From Candidatus Sigynarchaeum calidifontis (GTDB taxonomy: Archaea > Asgardarchaeota > Lokiarchaeia > Sigyniarchaeales > Sigyniarchaeaceae): a stretch of DNA of 12,020 nt. Under the pieces are notes generated by a model that saw only the letters and a list, made by a program, of their open reading frames with translations, searched no databases and had not been told where the DNA came from. The stretch spans positions 1-12,020 of the forward strand of contig JAUQYZ020000170.1 in the NCBI GenBank assembly GCA_030587475.2, written 5' to 3'. Below are positions 1 to 7,557 of the stretch, piece by piece. Made by a program: the position numbers and the translations under genes. How positions within the stretch are numbered: position 1 is the first letter of the stretch; the number at the start of each line of letters is the position of its first letter.

Positions 1-2
1 TC

Positions 3-197
3 GGCGAGGTGGCGGATGCAATTAAGGCTGATAAAAAAATCGCGTTCGTGTTCGGTGGCGGTAAGGTGTCCGGGCTCACGAAAAAAGAAATCGACGCTGG
101 CGATCCGGTCAAGATCGTCGACCATGACATCGGCGCGCTCGGTTCCGTGTCGATTTTAATCAACGAGCTCGAAAAAGCGCTCAAGGACGCTGCTTGA
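3..197 (+). CDS. C-terminal fragment of a probable SPOUT-class RNA methyltransferase (5'-truncated by the window edge)
   Basis: The frame is open from the window start to TGA at 195-197. IAFVFGGGKVSGLTKKEIDAGD...GSVSILINEL resembles the SpoU/TrmH-type knot motif (hhhhFGxExxGLxxEEhxxxD...AhxhhhYEL) but is divergent. Confidence 0.5.
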   Translation, partial: GEVADAIKADKKIAFVFGGGKVSGLTKKEIDAGDPVKIVDHDIGALGSVSILINELEKALKDAA

Positions 198-231
198 TCC
201 TTTCCCGAGTGGTCATTCAGGCTTGTCGAGT

Positions 232-1014
232 TTACTTTGCGGCCTTTGCGACCCCGGCTCCGTTAAACACGGCCATCGCCACGTGAGGCATTCGAGGGCC
301 GATCAAGCCCACGAGGCCGGCTCCCTCCGTGTGGGCGTCGCATGTTATGATGCAATCGAGAAAACCCGATTCCTGGATTATAAAATGTTCTTTTTTAGCA
401 CCCGCTTTCACCAACGTGCGCTCGATTATTTCCTTGGTTTCACCGTGGCACATGACCCGGTCGAGACCGTCGCGCCGCCATGCATGGAACTCGTCCACGG
501 CGCGAGCATCGAGCTCAACGAATATCTTTGAATTTTCATCGATCTCCGCTACAATTACTGGGTAAGCAAAGCCATTGCAGAAGCCAAAGAGCTTGGCAAT
601 TTTCCGGGCAGGCACCTTCTTGCCGTCGACGAGTTGTTCCCGCATGCGGAACAGAGGGTAGAGTGCATTTTTCCCTTCGAGTCCAATGTCGAAAAACAAG
701 CCGAAGCCTGCCGAACCGGGCGTGTCCACCCTCGCGCGCGGTATCACGTCATCTTTGTGCAAATCCACGAGCAGCGTTCGAGCGCCGTGCTTCAATCGCA
801 AGTAGTTCCTGGCCGCCTCCGAGTCCTCGCCATCGATCAAGATCTTGAACATGATAGATTCCCCCTTTTTGATCTCGTCGATGCTATATTTCACGCGGAA
901 AGCATCAATATCTTGTTGCACGGCTTTCTTGAGCAATGCAAGCCGTGTTGACGTGATTTCACGGCTTCGATCGATATCAACCTTGTCTAGCAAGGTTATT
1001 GTAACGGAACCCAT
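232..1014 (-). CDS. DUF2110 family conserved archaeal protein
   Basis: TITLLDKV...IDGEDSEAARNYLRLKHG...GFGLFFDIG...GLVGLIGP matches my recollection of the DUF2110 pattern. I prefer ATG 1014 over the ORF-track start 1137 because the upstream 41 codons look non-coding and contain a TATA-like element. Confidence 0.8.
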   Translation of the reverse strand: MGSVTITLLDKVDIDRSREITSTRLALLKKAVQQDIDAFRVKYSIDEIKKGESIMFKILIDGEDSEAARNYLRLKHGARTLLVDLHKDDVIPRARVDTPGSAGFGLFFDIGLEGKNALYPLFRMREQLVDGKKVPARKIAKLFGFCNGFAYPVIVAEIDENSKIFVELDARAVDEFHAWRRDGLDRVMCHGETKEIIERTLVKAGAKKEHFIIQESGFLDCIITCDAHTEGAGLVGLIGPRMPHVAMAVFNGAGVAKAAK

Positions 1015-1040
1015 TTCAAAGTAAGATGCCGGCCATCTCG

Positions 1041-1051
1041 GATAAACTTTA
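1041..1051 (-). promoter_or_regulatory. Putative BRE/TATA promoter of the DUF2110 gene
   Basis: Minus-strand TAAAGTTTATC lies about 27 nt upstream of ATG 1014, the spacing expected for a leaderless or short-leader archaeal transcript. Confidence 0.4.
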
Positions 1052-1210
1052 TGCTGCTCTGCGACGATAATCTTTAGGAAAAGGATGTTGAGCCAATGCG
1101 GCGATAGGATTCCTAACGTTTTTTTTAATTGATTCATTGACCCCCGTGCGATTGGTTCAAAGGATCAATCGTGAAGCAAACAGAATTGTTCCATGAAATG
1201 GTGTGTTTAA

Positions 1211-1666
1211 TTGTCCGAAGGCGATTTCAAACAGATCGTAAGGGTTCTCGGCACGAACATCGACGGCAATCGATTACTGGTCTACGGCCTGTCTGAGGTA
1301 CAAGGAATCGGCATACGTTTTGCAACATCCATGGTCAGGATCCTCGGCCTGGATGCATCGAAGCGCATCGGATTCCTTGATGACCAGACGCTCGCGAAAC
1401 TCGAGGATATTGCGAAAAACCCGTTGAAATACAACATCCCCGGCTGGATGCTCAACCGCCGCAAGGATTATCGCACGGGTGATGATCGCCACATCGTGAG
1501 CTCGGATCTAGCTTACATCAAGAAGCTGGATATCGACCGATTGCGCAGGATAAAGTGTTGGCGCGGGATCCGCCACGCGCTGAACTTGAAGGTTCGTGGG
1601 CAGAGAACACGCACGACGGGCAGGTCCGGGCTCATCATGGGTGTTTCCCGGAAGAAACAAGCATAA
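1211..1666 (+). CDS. rps13: 30S ribosomal protein S13 (uS13)
   Basis: FKQIVRVLGTNIDG...GIG...IPGWMLNRRKDYRTG...WRGIRHALNLKVRGQRTRTTGR is archaeal-type uS13. TTG start, with GGTG at 1200-1203. Confidence 0.98.
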   Translation: MSEGDFKQIVRVLGTNIDGNRLLVYGLSEVQGIGIRFATSMVRILGLDASKRIGFLDDQTLAKLEDIAKNPLKYNIPGWMLNRRKDYRTGDDRHIVSSDLAYIKKLDIDRLRRIKCWRGIRHALNLKVRGQRTRTTGRSGLIMGVSRKKQA

Positions 1667-1745
1667 TAAGCCTGGCACCATCTTGCGTTCCACTTGAACA
1701 AGCACATGCTTGATTGGACCTCACGATGACAGAGCGTGGTATATA

Positions 1746-2315
1746 ATGGGAAGCCCAAGAAAATTACACAAGAAATACAAGACCCCCGTAAAGTTATGGG
1801 ACAAGAGCCGGTTGGAAGAAGAGTTAAAGCTGATCGGCGAGTACGGGTTGCGCAACAAGCGCGAGATCTGGCGTCACAAGACGTTTCTATCCAAGATCCG
1901 CCAGCAAGGCCGTGAGATTCAAGCCATGCCCCCGGCCGAGCAGACGGCCGCTAGAGAACTGTTGGTCAAGCGCGCACAGCGGCTCGGCATCCTCGAGGCT
2001 GGCCAGCAAACCGTTGACGATCTCCTCAACCTAACCTTGAGGGACATATGTAACCGCCGGCTGCAAACTTTCGTGCACCGTATGGGGCTTGCAAAAACCG
2101 TCAATCAAGCCCGGCAGTTGATAACCCACAAGCATATCGCCATCGACGGCCAGATCGTTAATTCTCCGAGCCATCTCGTTCTCAAGAGCGAGGAGAACCT
2201 TATCACCTATGCGCCCGGTTCGGCCTTCAGCAAGGCAGATCACCCGATGCGACAGTCGATAGACGCCGCGAAAACGGCCACACCTGCCGAGATCAAGGAG
2301 GATGGGCAGTCATGA
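1746..2315 (+). CDS. rps4: 30S ribosomal protein S4 (uS4)
   Basis: MGSPRK...[11 protein letters not shown]...[28 protein letters not shown] is archaeal-type uS4. Start set at ATG 1746 by analogy to the conserved MG(D/S)P N-terminus. Confidence 0.97.
   Translation: MGSPRKLHKKYKTPVKLWDKSRLEEELKLIGEYGLRNKREIWRHKTFLSKIRQQGREIQAMPPAEQTAARELLVKRAQRLGILEAGQQTVDDLLNLTLRDICNRRLQTFVHRMGLAKTVNQARQLITHKHIAIDGQIVNSPSHLVLKSEENLITYAPGSAFSKADHPMRQSIDAAKTATPAEIKEDGQS
2295..2301 (+). promoter_or_regulatory. Shine-Dalgarno-like site for rps11
   Basis: AAGGAGG lies 10 nt upstream of ATG 2312, which overlaps the rps4 stop (ATGA), suggesting translational coupling. Confidence 0.5.
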
Positions 2316-2854
2316 GCGACGAGCAGAAAGAACCGGCACCGGAACAGCCCCAACCCGAAGCCGTGGAAATCGAGGCCAAGCCCACCACGGAAGGGCAAGA
2401 AGCGAGCGGTATAGAAGCCAAAAAGGAACAAGCACGTCCAATTCCCAAGTTGTTCCCGCGACGGAAGGAGCCATATTTTCAAGGCATTGCCCACATATTC
2501 TCTTCGTACAACGATACGATCATCACGATAACCGATTTGACAGGCTCTGAAACGCTCGCCCGGCAATCTGGTGGCATGGTCGTAAAGTCACAGCGTGATG
2601 AATCTTCGCCCTACGCGGCAATGCAAGCCGCCTTCCGCGCGGCACGGTTAGCCAAGGATAAGGGTATCAAGGAGATCCACGTGCTCGTGCGCGCGCCTGG
2701 TGGTACCGGTGCGAAGACGCCCGGCCCAGGTGCGCAATCCGCTGTACGTGCGCTGTCGCGATCCGGCTTGCGCATCTTGCGGATCGAAGAGGTCACCCCG
2801 GAGCCACATGATGGTTGCCGGCGCAAGGGTGGCCGTCGTGGCCGGCGCGTGTAA
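2312..2854 (+). CDS. rps11: 30S ribosomal protein S11 (uS11) with a long N-terminal extension
   Basis: [21 protein letters not shown]...[13 protein letters not shown]...TPGPGAQ...[16 protein letters not shown]. Confidence 0.98.
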   Translation: MSDEQKEPAPEQPQPEAVEIEAKPTTEGQEASGIEAKKEQARPIPKLFPRRKEPYFQGIAHIFSSYNDTIITITDLTGSETLARQSGGMVVKSQRDESSPYAAMQAAFRAARLAKDKGIKEIHVLVRAPGGTGAKTPGPGAQSAVRALSRSGLRILRIEEVTPEPHDGCRRKGGRRGRRV

Positions 2855-2878
2855 AATAGCGCTCGCGCGTCTTTCGGG

Positions 2879-2919
2879 AAAAAATTACGCATTCTCTTCT
2901 TTATTTGCGCCTTTTTTTT
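2879..2919. terminator. Probable bidirectional oligo-T terminator region between rps11 and the TPR gene
   Basis: The plus strand has a pyrimidine-rich stretch ending in T8 (2912-2919). A6 at 2879-2884 gives T6 on the minus strand. The flanking genes converge. Confidence 0.6.
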
Positions 2920-2952
2920 GAATTCCGATAATAATAGCATAATTTCTGCGTG

Positions 2953-3522
2953 CTAAAGGATCAAGGACTCGTATTTCCGAGCGTCTGCCTCGTTCCCGCC
3001 TAGCCGTGCCGTGTCCGCTGCCTTCTGGAATAGATCGTTCGCCATGTCTGGCTGCTTCAAGTCCTGATATATCAAGCCGAGGCTACAGTAGGTTTTCGCT
3101 ACCTCGTTCAAATCGCCGAGACTGTCGAAAAGGACGGCACAAGCAGAAAAAGCGTTAAGACTTTCAACGTAATGCTTTAAATGGAAATGTACTAAGCCGA
3201 TCTTGTTGAGTACGTACGCTTTCAACTTTGACTTGTCCAAAGGACTGAATTGCTTGTCTGCAAGCAGCAAATAATTCAATGCATGCTCGTATTTATTCTC
3301 GTTAAATAATTGATTGGCGATGAGCACCGCGGCTTGCACGATGCCGTTCGGGTTTTTCTTGGCTTGAAAAATGTGGAGCGCGATGAAGGCCGGGGTCGTG
3401 GGATCGAGGTGCCTACTCACCATTTCGTTCCCAAGGTTGATATACGCCATAGCCAAGTCGTTTTGGTCGACAAGTTGGCTATTAACCTTCCTGGAATATT
3501 CGAGAATCTCTCGCAATGACAT
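2953..3522 (-). CDS. Tetratricopeptide repeat (TPR) protein
   Basis: Repeats AYVLNKIGLVHFHLKHYVESLNAF and AKTYCSLGLIYQDLKQPDMANDLFQKA fit the TPR consensus. ATG 3522 is preferred over 3567 because a TATA-like TTAAATAT (3573-3566, minus strand) overlaps the longer start. Confidence 0.8.
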   Translation of the reverse strand: MSLREILEYSRKVNSQLVDQNDLAMAYINLGNEMVSRHLDPTTPAFIALHIFQAKKNPNGIVQAAVLIANQLFNENKYEHALNYLLLADKQFSPLDKSKLKAYVLNKIGLVHFHLKHYVESLNAFSACAVLFDSLGDLNEVAKTYCSLGLIYQDLKQPDMANDLFQKAADTARLGGNEADARKYESLIL

Positions 3523-3612
3523 CGTGCCACGCCACCGAGCTGCTATCTGGTCATATGCTATTATCATATTTAACTCGACTGCCCAGCAGCATGGGGTATC
3601 TCGTGAGATCGA

Positions 3613-4683
3613 TCATTCGCCGGTGAAAAACGAGAGTGCTTGCGAGATCGCCGTTGTAAACTCATCCGGTGGAATGATGAACCCCGCGACGAACCGGTGT
3701 CCCCCGCCGCCTCGTCGCTTTGCAAATGTAGCCACGTCAAACGCCTTCACCACCTCTTTTTTTGCTTGATTGATGCTTATCGTGGCATGGATCTCGCCTG
3801 TTGTCTCATTCCCTCTATATGATAATAAGAAAGAATAATCGAGGCCAAGTTTCTTGAGTTCTGGTTCGATGATGTAATACGGGATCACGGCCCCGATAGT
3901 TTCCTGTTTCTCCGAGTTGTCGACATCGCTGAAATCAATGAATAAAAATTGCTTATAGAGAAACACGCGCTTTTTCGACTCATCACCGAAAGATTTATCG
4001 CTTTCAACATCAATTCGTGTGAAAAAATCAGTTTTTTCATTTGCAACAAATAGACCACGCAAGAGCTCGATGCCTCGGTTGATGCGCTTTCGTTGCTTCT
4101 TTGCCTTCGAGATCACGCGCGGATCCGTTGCGATCGGGCGCGGATCTGGTTCGTCAACGAGCATGTCGATAACATCTATGAAGAACGAGTAATCCTCCCG
4201 GTCTTCGAGAATGGCTAGGGAAATGGCCTCGTACTCCTTCGGGAACGCCTTCGGCGGGCGACCAGTGTCCCTCGCGTCTATGAAGTCGAGGAATGCCGGG
4301 TCGCAAAGCTTGGCTTGGACTTGCATAGTTTTGGCAAAAAAATCATGGGTCAAGGCAGCGGCAGACTTTGACGTGTCTTGCACGACGACTCGTGTCTCGC
4401 TAGTGGTTTTTACTTCAAGTTCTGACGCGTGATGGTCGATCCAGACATGTGCTTGCTTCGTGTACGGAAGATCCAGCACGATGATGATACCACCGATGAA
4501 GTCGTCGCTGTTCGGTTCCAGGAACCGGGATTTTCCTTGTTGTATGTTGCCGGGACTCTCGAACAGAAAGTCGATATCTTCGTCTTTAACCCCGAGCGCG
4601 ATCAGGCCCCGGGTGCATATGACCGCCGCGAGTAGACCATCCGGGTCGTTATGAGTGATGATATTAACCTTCTGGCCGGACAT
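3613..4683 (-). CDS. DHH/DHHA1 family phosphoesterase (NrnA/RecJ-like superfamily)
   Basis: Motifs HNDPDG, VLD, IDHH, SAA, DARDTG and C-terminal GGGGHRFVAG. Start set at ATG 4683, just before motif I. Confidence 0.9.
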   Translation of the reverse strand: MSGQKVNIITHNDPDGLLAAVICTRGLIALGVKDEDIDFLFESPGNIQQGKSRFLEPNSDDFIGGIIIVLDLPYTKQAHVWIDHHASELEVKTTSETRVVVQDTSKSAAALTHDFFAKTMQVQAKLCDPAFLDFIDARDTGRPPKAFPKEYEAISLAILEDREDYSFFIDVIDMLVDEPDPRPIATDPRVISKAKKQRKRINRGIELLRGLFVANEKTDFFTRIDVESDKSFGDESKKRVFLYKQFLFIDFSDVDNSEKQETIGAVIPYYIIEPELKKLGLDYSFLLSYRGNETTGEIHATISINQAKKEVVKAFDVATFAKRRGGGGHRFVAGFIIPPDEFTTAISQALSFFTGE

Positions 4684-4774
4684 CTCGGCAAGTAATCGCT
4701 GCAAGATGGATTTGACTTGGAGATAAGCAAATAAAAAATGATCGTCCCGCCCTTGACCAAACAACCCTCTAGAC

Positions 4775-5998
4775 TTACATCAGTCGTTTTTTCAAAAAAG
4801 CCTCGAGAAGGTTGTACACCTCTTCGAGAACTTCAATGGGCGGCAAGAACGTTATTCGGATATGGTTGGTGCCGTACTGGCCAAAGCCGGATCCATATAC
4901 CGCCATGATGCCCGTTTCCTTGAGCAAGTCGATGACGAATTCCTTGTCATCCTTCCAGGGCCCTCGCTTCTGCACGAGAAAATCGATGCGAGGGAACAAA
5001 TAGAATGCACCGTCTGGAACCACGCATGAAATGCCAGGGAGTTCCTTCAGCCGCTTTAAACTGTAATCCCGTCGTTTCCAAAGTTTCTCGACCATGATCT
5101 TCGTGTGCTGCTTTGGTTCTTCCATGGTCTTGATAGCTGCATACTGCGCCGGCACGTTCACGCAGAGCCTGATGCGTGCGAGCGATTCAATGCTTTGCTT
5201 AACTTGCTTGAGCTTTCCTTGTGGATCGTGAAAGTACATGTAGCCAAGTCGCCAGCCGGTCGACAAGTGCGCCTTCGAGAACCCGTTCATGCCGACTATC
5301 GGCACGTCGTTTTTAAGTATGGAAACATGGCACTTGTAAGACGCATACTTTTCAAAAAGGATCTGGTCGTATATCTCGTCGGAAACGAGGGGAATATCGT
5401 AGTCACCCGCAAGTTTCCCTATTTCCTTCGTGAATTTCTCGTCGTAGAGGACTCCCGTCGGATTATTCGGGGAACAGAGCAGGATGAACTGGGTTTTCTT
5501 GCTGATCTTGCTCGCAAAGTCGTCGACGTCGGGCTGCCAGTTTTTCGACTCGTCAAGCTTGTACTCGACCGGTTTTCCACCGAAAAACCTCGCGTAGGAT
5601 ATGTACGGGGGATACACAGGCCCTGGCACGAGGATTTCATCACCTTGTTCGATTAGCGCAGCGGCGATGAAGAAGATCGCCTCTGACACCCCGCCGGTGA
5701 GCAAGATATCATCGGGAACTAGGTTCAACCCGTTCCGGCGGTTTTCCTCCGCTGCTATCTTCTCTCTGAGCTCGTAGACACCGAGAGAATTGCCGTACAT
5801 GTTTTGACCTTTACGAGCCGCGTTCGCCAGCGCGTCAATGATGTAAGCCGGCGTCTTGAAATCGGAAACATCTGGGTTGACCGGATCGCCAATGTTCAAA
5901 TAATAGATTTTTTTCCCTTTCTTGGCAAGTTCATCCCCGATGATGGCGATGTCCCGGATCGCGTAGGACATTCCTTGTAATCTGCTGGCGATTTTCAC
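4775..5998 (-). CDS. alaA: PLP-dependent class I/II aminotransferase, alanine aminotransferase type
   Basis: YAIRD, LNIGDP, PNNPTG, SDEIYD, NGFSK...TGWRLGY (PLP lysine), RIRLC, GAFY, GSGFG. It closely resembles the Thermococcales alanine aminotransferase as I recall it. GTG start. Confidence 0.88.
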   Translation of the reverse strand: MKIASRLQGMSYAIRDIAIIGDELAKKGKKIYYLNIGDPVNPDVSDFKTPAYIIDALANAARKGQNMYGNSLGVYELREKIAAEENRRNGLNLVPDDILLTGGVSEAIFFIAAALIEQGDEILVPGPVYPPYISYARFFGGKPVEYKLDESKNWQPDVDDFASKISKKTQFILLCSPNNPTGVLYDEKFTKEIGKLAGDYDIPLVSDEIYDQILFEKYASYKCHVSILKNDVPIVGMNGFSKAHLSTGWRLGYMYFHDPQGKLKQVKQSIESLARIRLCVNVPAQYAAIKTMEEPKQHTKIMVEKLWKRRDYSLKRLKELPGISCVVPDGAFYLFPRIDFLVQKRGPWKDDKEFVIDLLKETGIMAVYGSGFGQYGTNHIRITFLPPIEVLEEVYNLLEAFLKKRLM

Positions 5999-6080
5999 GT
6001 CAATCAGCTCGCCGGGCCGGATACCGCTGCCCTTGAAAACTCTTGTAATAACGAGCGCATTTCGCGTGGATCCATGGCCG

Positions 6081-6091
6081 CAAACTTATAG
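6081..6091 (+). promoter_or_regulatory. Putative BRE/TATA promoter for the cinA-like gene in the divergent intergenic region
   Basis: CAAACTTATAG ends about 25 nt before ATG 6116. Confidence 0.45.
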
Positions 6092-6115
6092 CCCTTATCA
6101 TCTATTGATCTTATA

Positions 6116-6688
6116 ATGAAACACGTCGATGCGCCCATCGCGGAACTGCTCGTGGCCGCCAAGACCGTCATCGAGACCCTCGCGGGCAAGGAATGCATGC
6201 TCGGCATCTCGGAATCGGTAACCGGTGGCACGATCGCCTCGTACTTGACCCGAATCGACGGCTGCTCCAACATCTTGTTCGCATCACAAGTGCTCTATTC
6301 CAGCCTAGGAAAATCCAGCTTTTGCGAGCTTCCAATGAAGAAGATTGTCGAACAAGGTACCGTCTCAAAGGAAATCATATCGGAGATGCTAGACTGCATG
6401 GCTCGGCGATTTTTCAAGGCACTCGAGGATCCGGACGCGACCCGTCTCGTGATCGCGCCACGGCATTTCGTGTCACTTGCTACTTGCGGCGTGGCTGGCG
6501 ATCCCATCGAGGACTTGCCCCGTGGAACCGTGTTGGAAGGTATCTCCTTGTACCGTGACGGGAAGTGCATAGAGAATGAGATCCGGCATATGCAGCTCGA
6601 AGGTAACCGATGGACGATCATCTCGGGCGCCACGAGGGCGGCGCTTTCCCTTATTCTTGAGAAGGCTTCGATGTTAAGTATTAAATGA
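6116..6688 (+). CDS. CinA C-terminal domain / PncC-like NMN deamidase family protein
   Basis: SESVTGG (cf. AESCTGG), YSSLGK (cf. YSNEAK), GTVS (cf. GAVS), TCGVAG (cf. TTGIAG), PRGTV. Confidence 0.85.
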   Translation: MKHVDAPIAELLVAAKTVIETLAGKECMLGISESVTGGTIASYLTRIDGCSNILFASQVLYSSLGKSSFCELPMKKIVEQGTVSKEIISEMLDCMARRFFKALEDPDATRLVIAPRHFVSLATCGVAGDPIEDLPRGTVLEGISLYRDGKCIENEIRHMQLEGNRWTIISGATRAALSLILEKASMLSIK

Positions 6689-6733
6689 CCCATCATCCTA
6701 AAACAATAGACTTACCTCATCCAACGTGATTCG

Positions 6734-7519
6734 ATGATAAAAATAGTGACAAAAAATCCCCTTAAAAATGAAGGCATCGAAGGGAGGAACATCACGCTAA
6801 TATCTGGTATGGCGGGCATCTGTTCCGTGGGACGCATCGCGGTGGATGCTATAGCTGCCCAATTCAACGCCAAGCTGGTCGCGTCGATGTACCTGGACGA
6901 TTTGCCCGCCCATGTTACGATTGATGAAAATGGCCGTATGAATTTACCCGTCGTGCAACTCTATCTAGCGAAACCTGTCGCCCAGCAAGCCTTTTTGCTC
7001 GTTACAAGCGATTACCAGCCATCATCCAACACGGGGATGTTCAATTTCGTAGATAGCCTGATGAATTACCTGATCGAGACGAATATTTCGTTAATCATCA
7101 GCCTTGGTGCATTTGTCGTGGAACAAATACCCTCAGATCCCAAGATTTTCGTATCGGGAACGGACGAGGCCGTGATCGCCAAGTTTCTCGCGATTGACAA
7201 GAAACGCACAATTCGCATGGAGAACGGCTTGATCTCCGGGGCGAATGGACTCATCCCCGCGTGGGGAGCGATGCTTGGCTTGCCCGGTATATGTTTGCTC
7301 GCGGAGACCGTGCCCATCGTGAAGCGCGATCCAAAGGCGGCGAGGCTGGTCATCGAAGTTTTAAGCAAGCATTTCGTTTTCCCGTTCGATTTTACCTCCA
7401 TTGATAAAGAAATCAAGGAGCTGGAGGCTGCACTTGCCGACTTCCAGCGTGGTGCGCCGGGGGCTGTCGACATCACCGAGCAAAACGCCCGGCGAGATCG
7501 GCAATCGTATATTGGTTAG
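6734..7519 (+). CDS. PAC2 family proteasome assembly chaperone-like protein
   Basis: GMAGICSVGRIAVD (cf. GLPGIGxVGKIAxD), SDYQP, IISLG, ISGANGL, GICLLAET, DPKAA, C-terminal YIG. Confidence 0.88.
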   Translation: MIKIVTKNPLKNEGIEGRNITLISGMAGICSVGRIAVDAIAAQFNAKLVASMYLDDLPAHVTIDENGRMNLPVVQLYLAKPVAQQAFLLVTSDYQPSSNTGMFNFVDSLMNYLIETNISLIISLGAFVVEQIPSDPKIFVSGTDEAVIAKFLAIDKKRTIRMENGLISGANGLIPAWGAMLGLPGICLLAETVPIVKRDPKAARLVIEVLSKHFVFPFDFTSIDKEIKELEAALADFQRGAPGAVDITEQNARRDRQSYIG

Positions 7520-7536
7520 GAGCCCCCCTAACCAAT
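7511..7536. repeat. Perfect 10-bp inverted repeat containing the PAC2 stop codon
   Basis: ATTGGTTAGG (7511-7520), loop AGCCCC, CCTAACCAAT (7527-7536). Confidence 0.9.
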
Positions 7537-7557
7537 CGTCGGGATTCACCCGACGAT
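7535..7557. repeat. Perfect 9-bp inverted repeat containing the stop codon of the 1247-aa gene
   Basis: ATCGTCGGG (7535-7543), loop ATTCA, CCCGACGAT (7549-7557). Confidence 0.9.

Noticed and set aside
223-951. Several plus-strand ORFs (78-122 aa) overlapping DUF2110
   Set aside because: Antisense shadows of a recognisable gene, with no motifs.
1710-1745. Longer ORF-track start for rps4 (similarly 1137 for DUF2110 and 4764 for DHH)
   Set aside because: The extensions precede the conserved family N-termini and look like intergenic sequence.
2953-3522. Calling the TPR protein an alpha-SNAP or other eukaryotic trafficking homologue
   Set aside because: Only the generic TPR pattern is visible; a specific assignment needs profile and structure searches.
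3598-3614. ATCTC-GT-GAGAT and GATCGATC palindromes at the DHH gene end
   Set aside because: Short, and GATC/TCGA palindromes are frequent throughout the window.
5105-5656. 183-aa plus-strand ORF
   Set aside because: Lies entirely antisense to the aminotransferase, with no recognisable domain.
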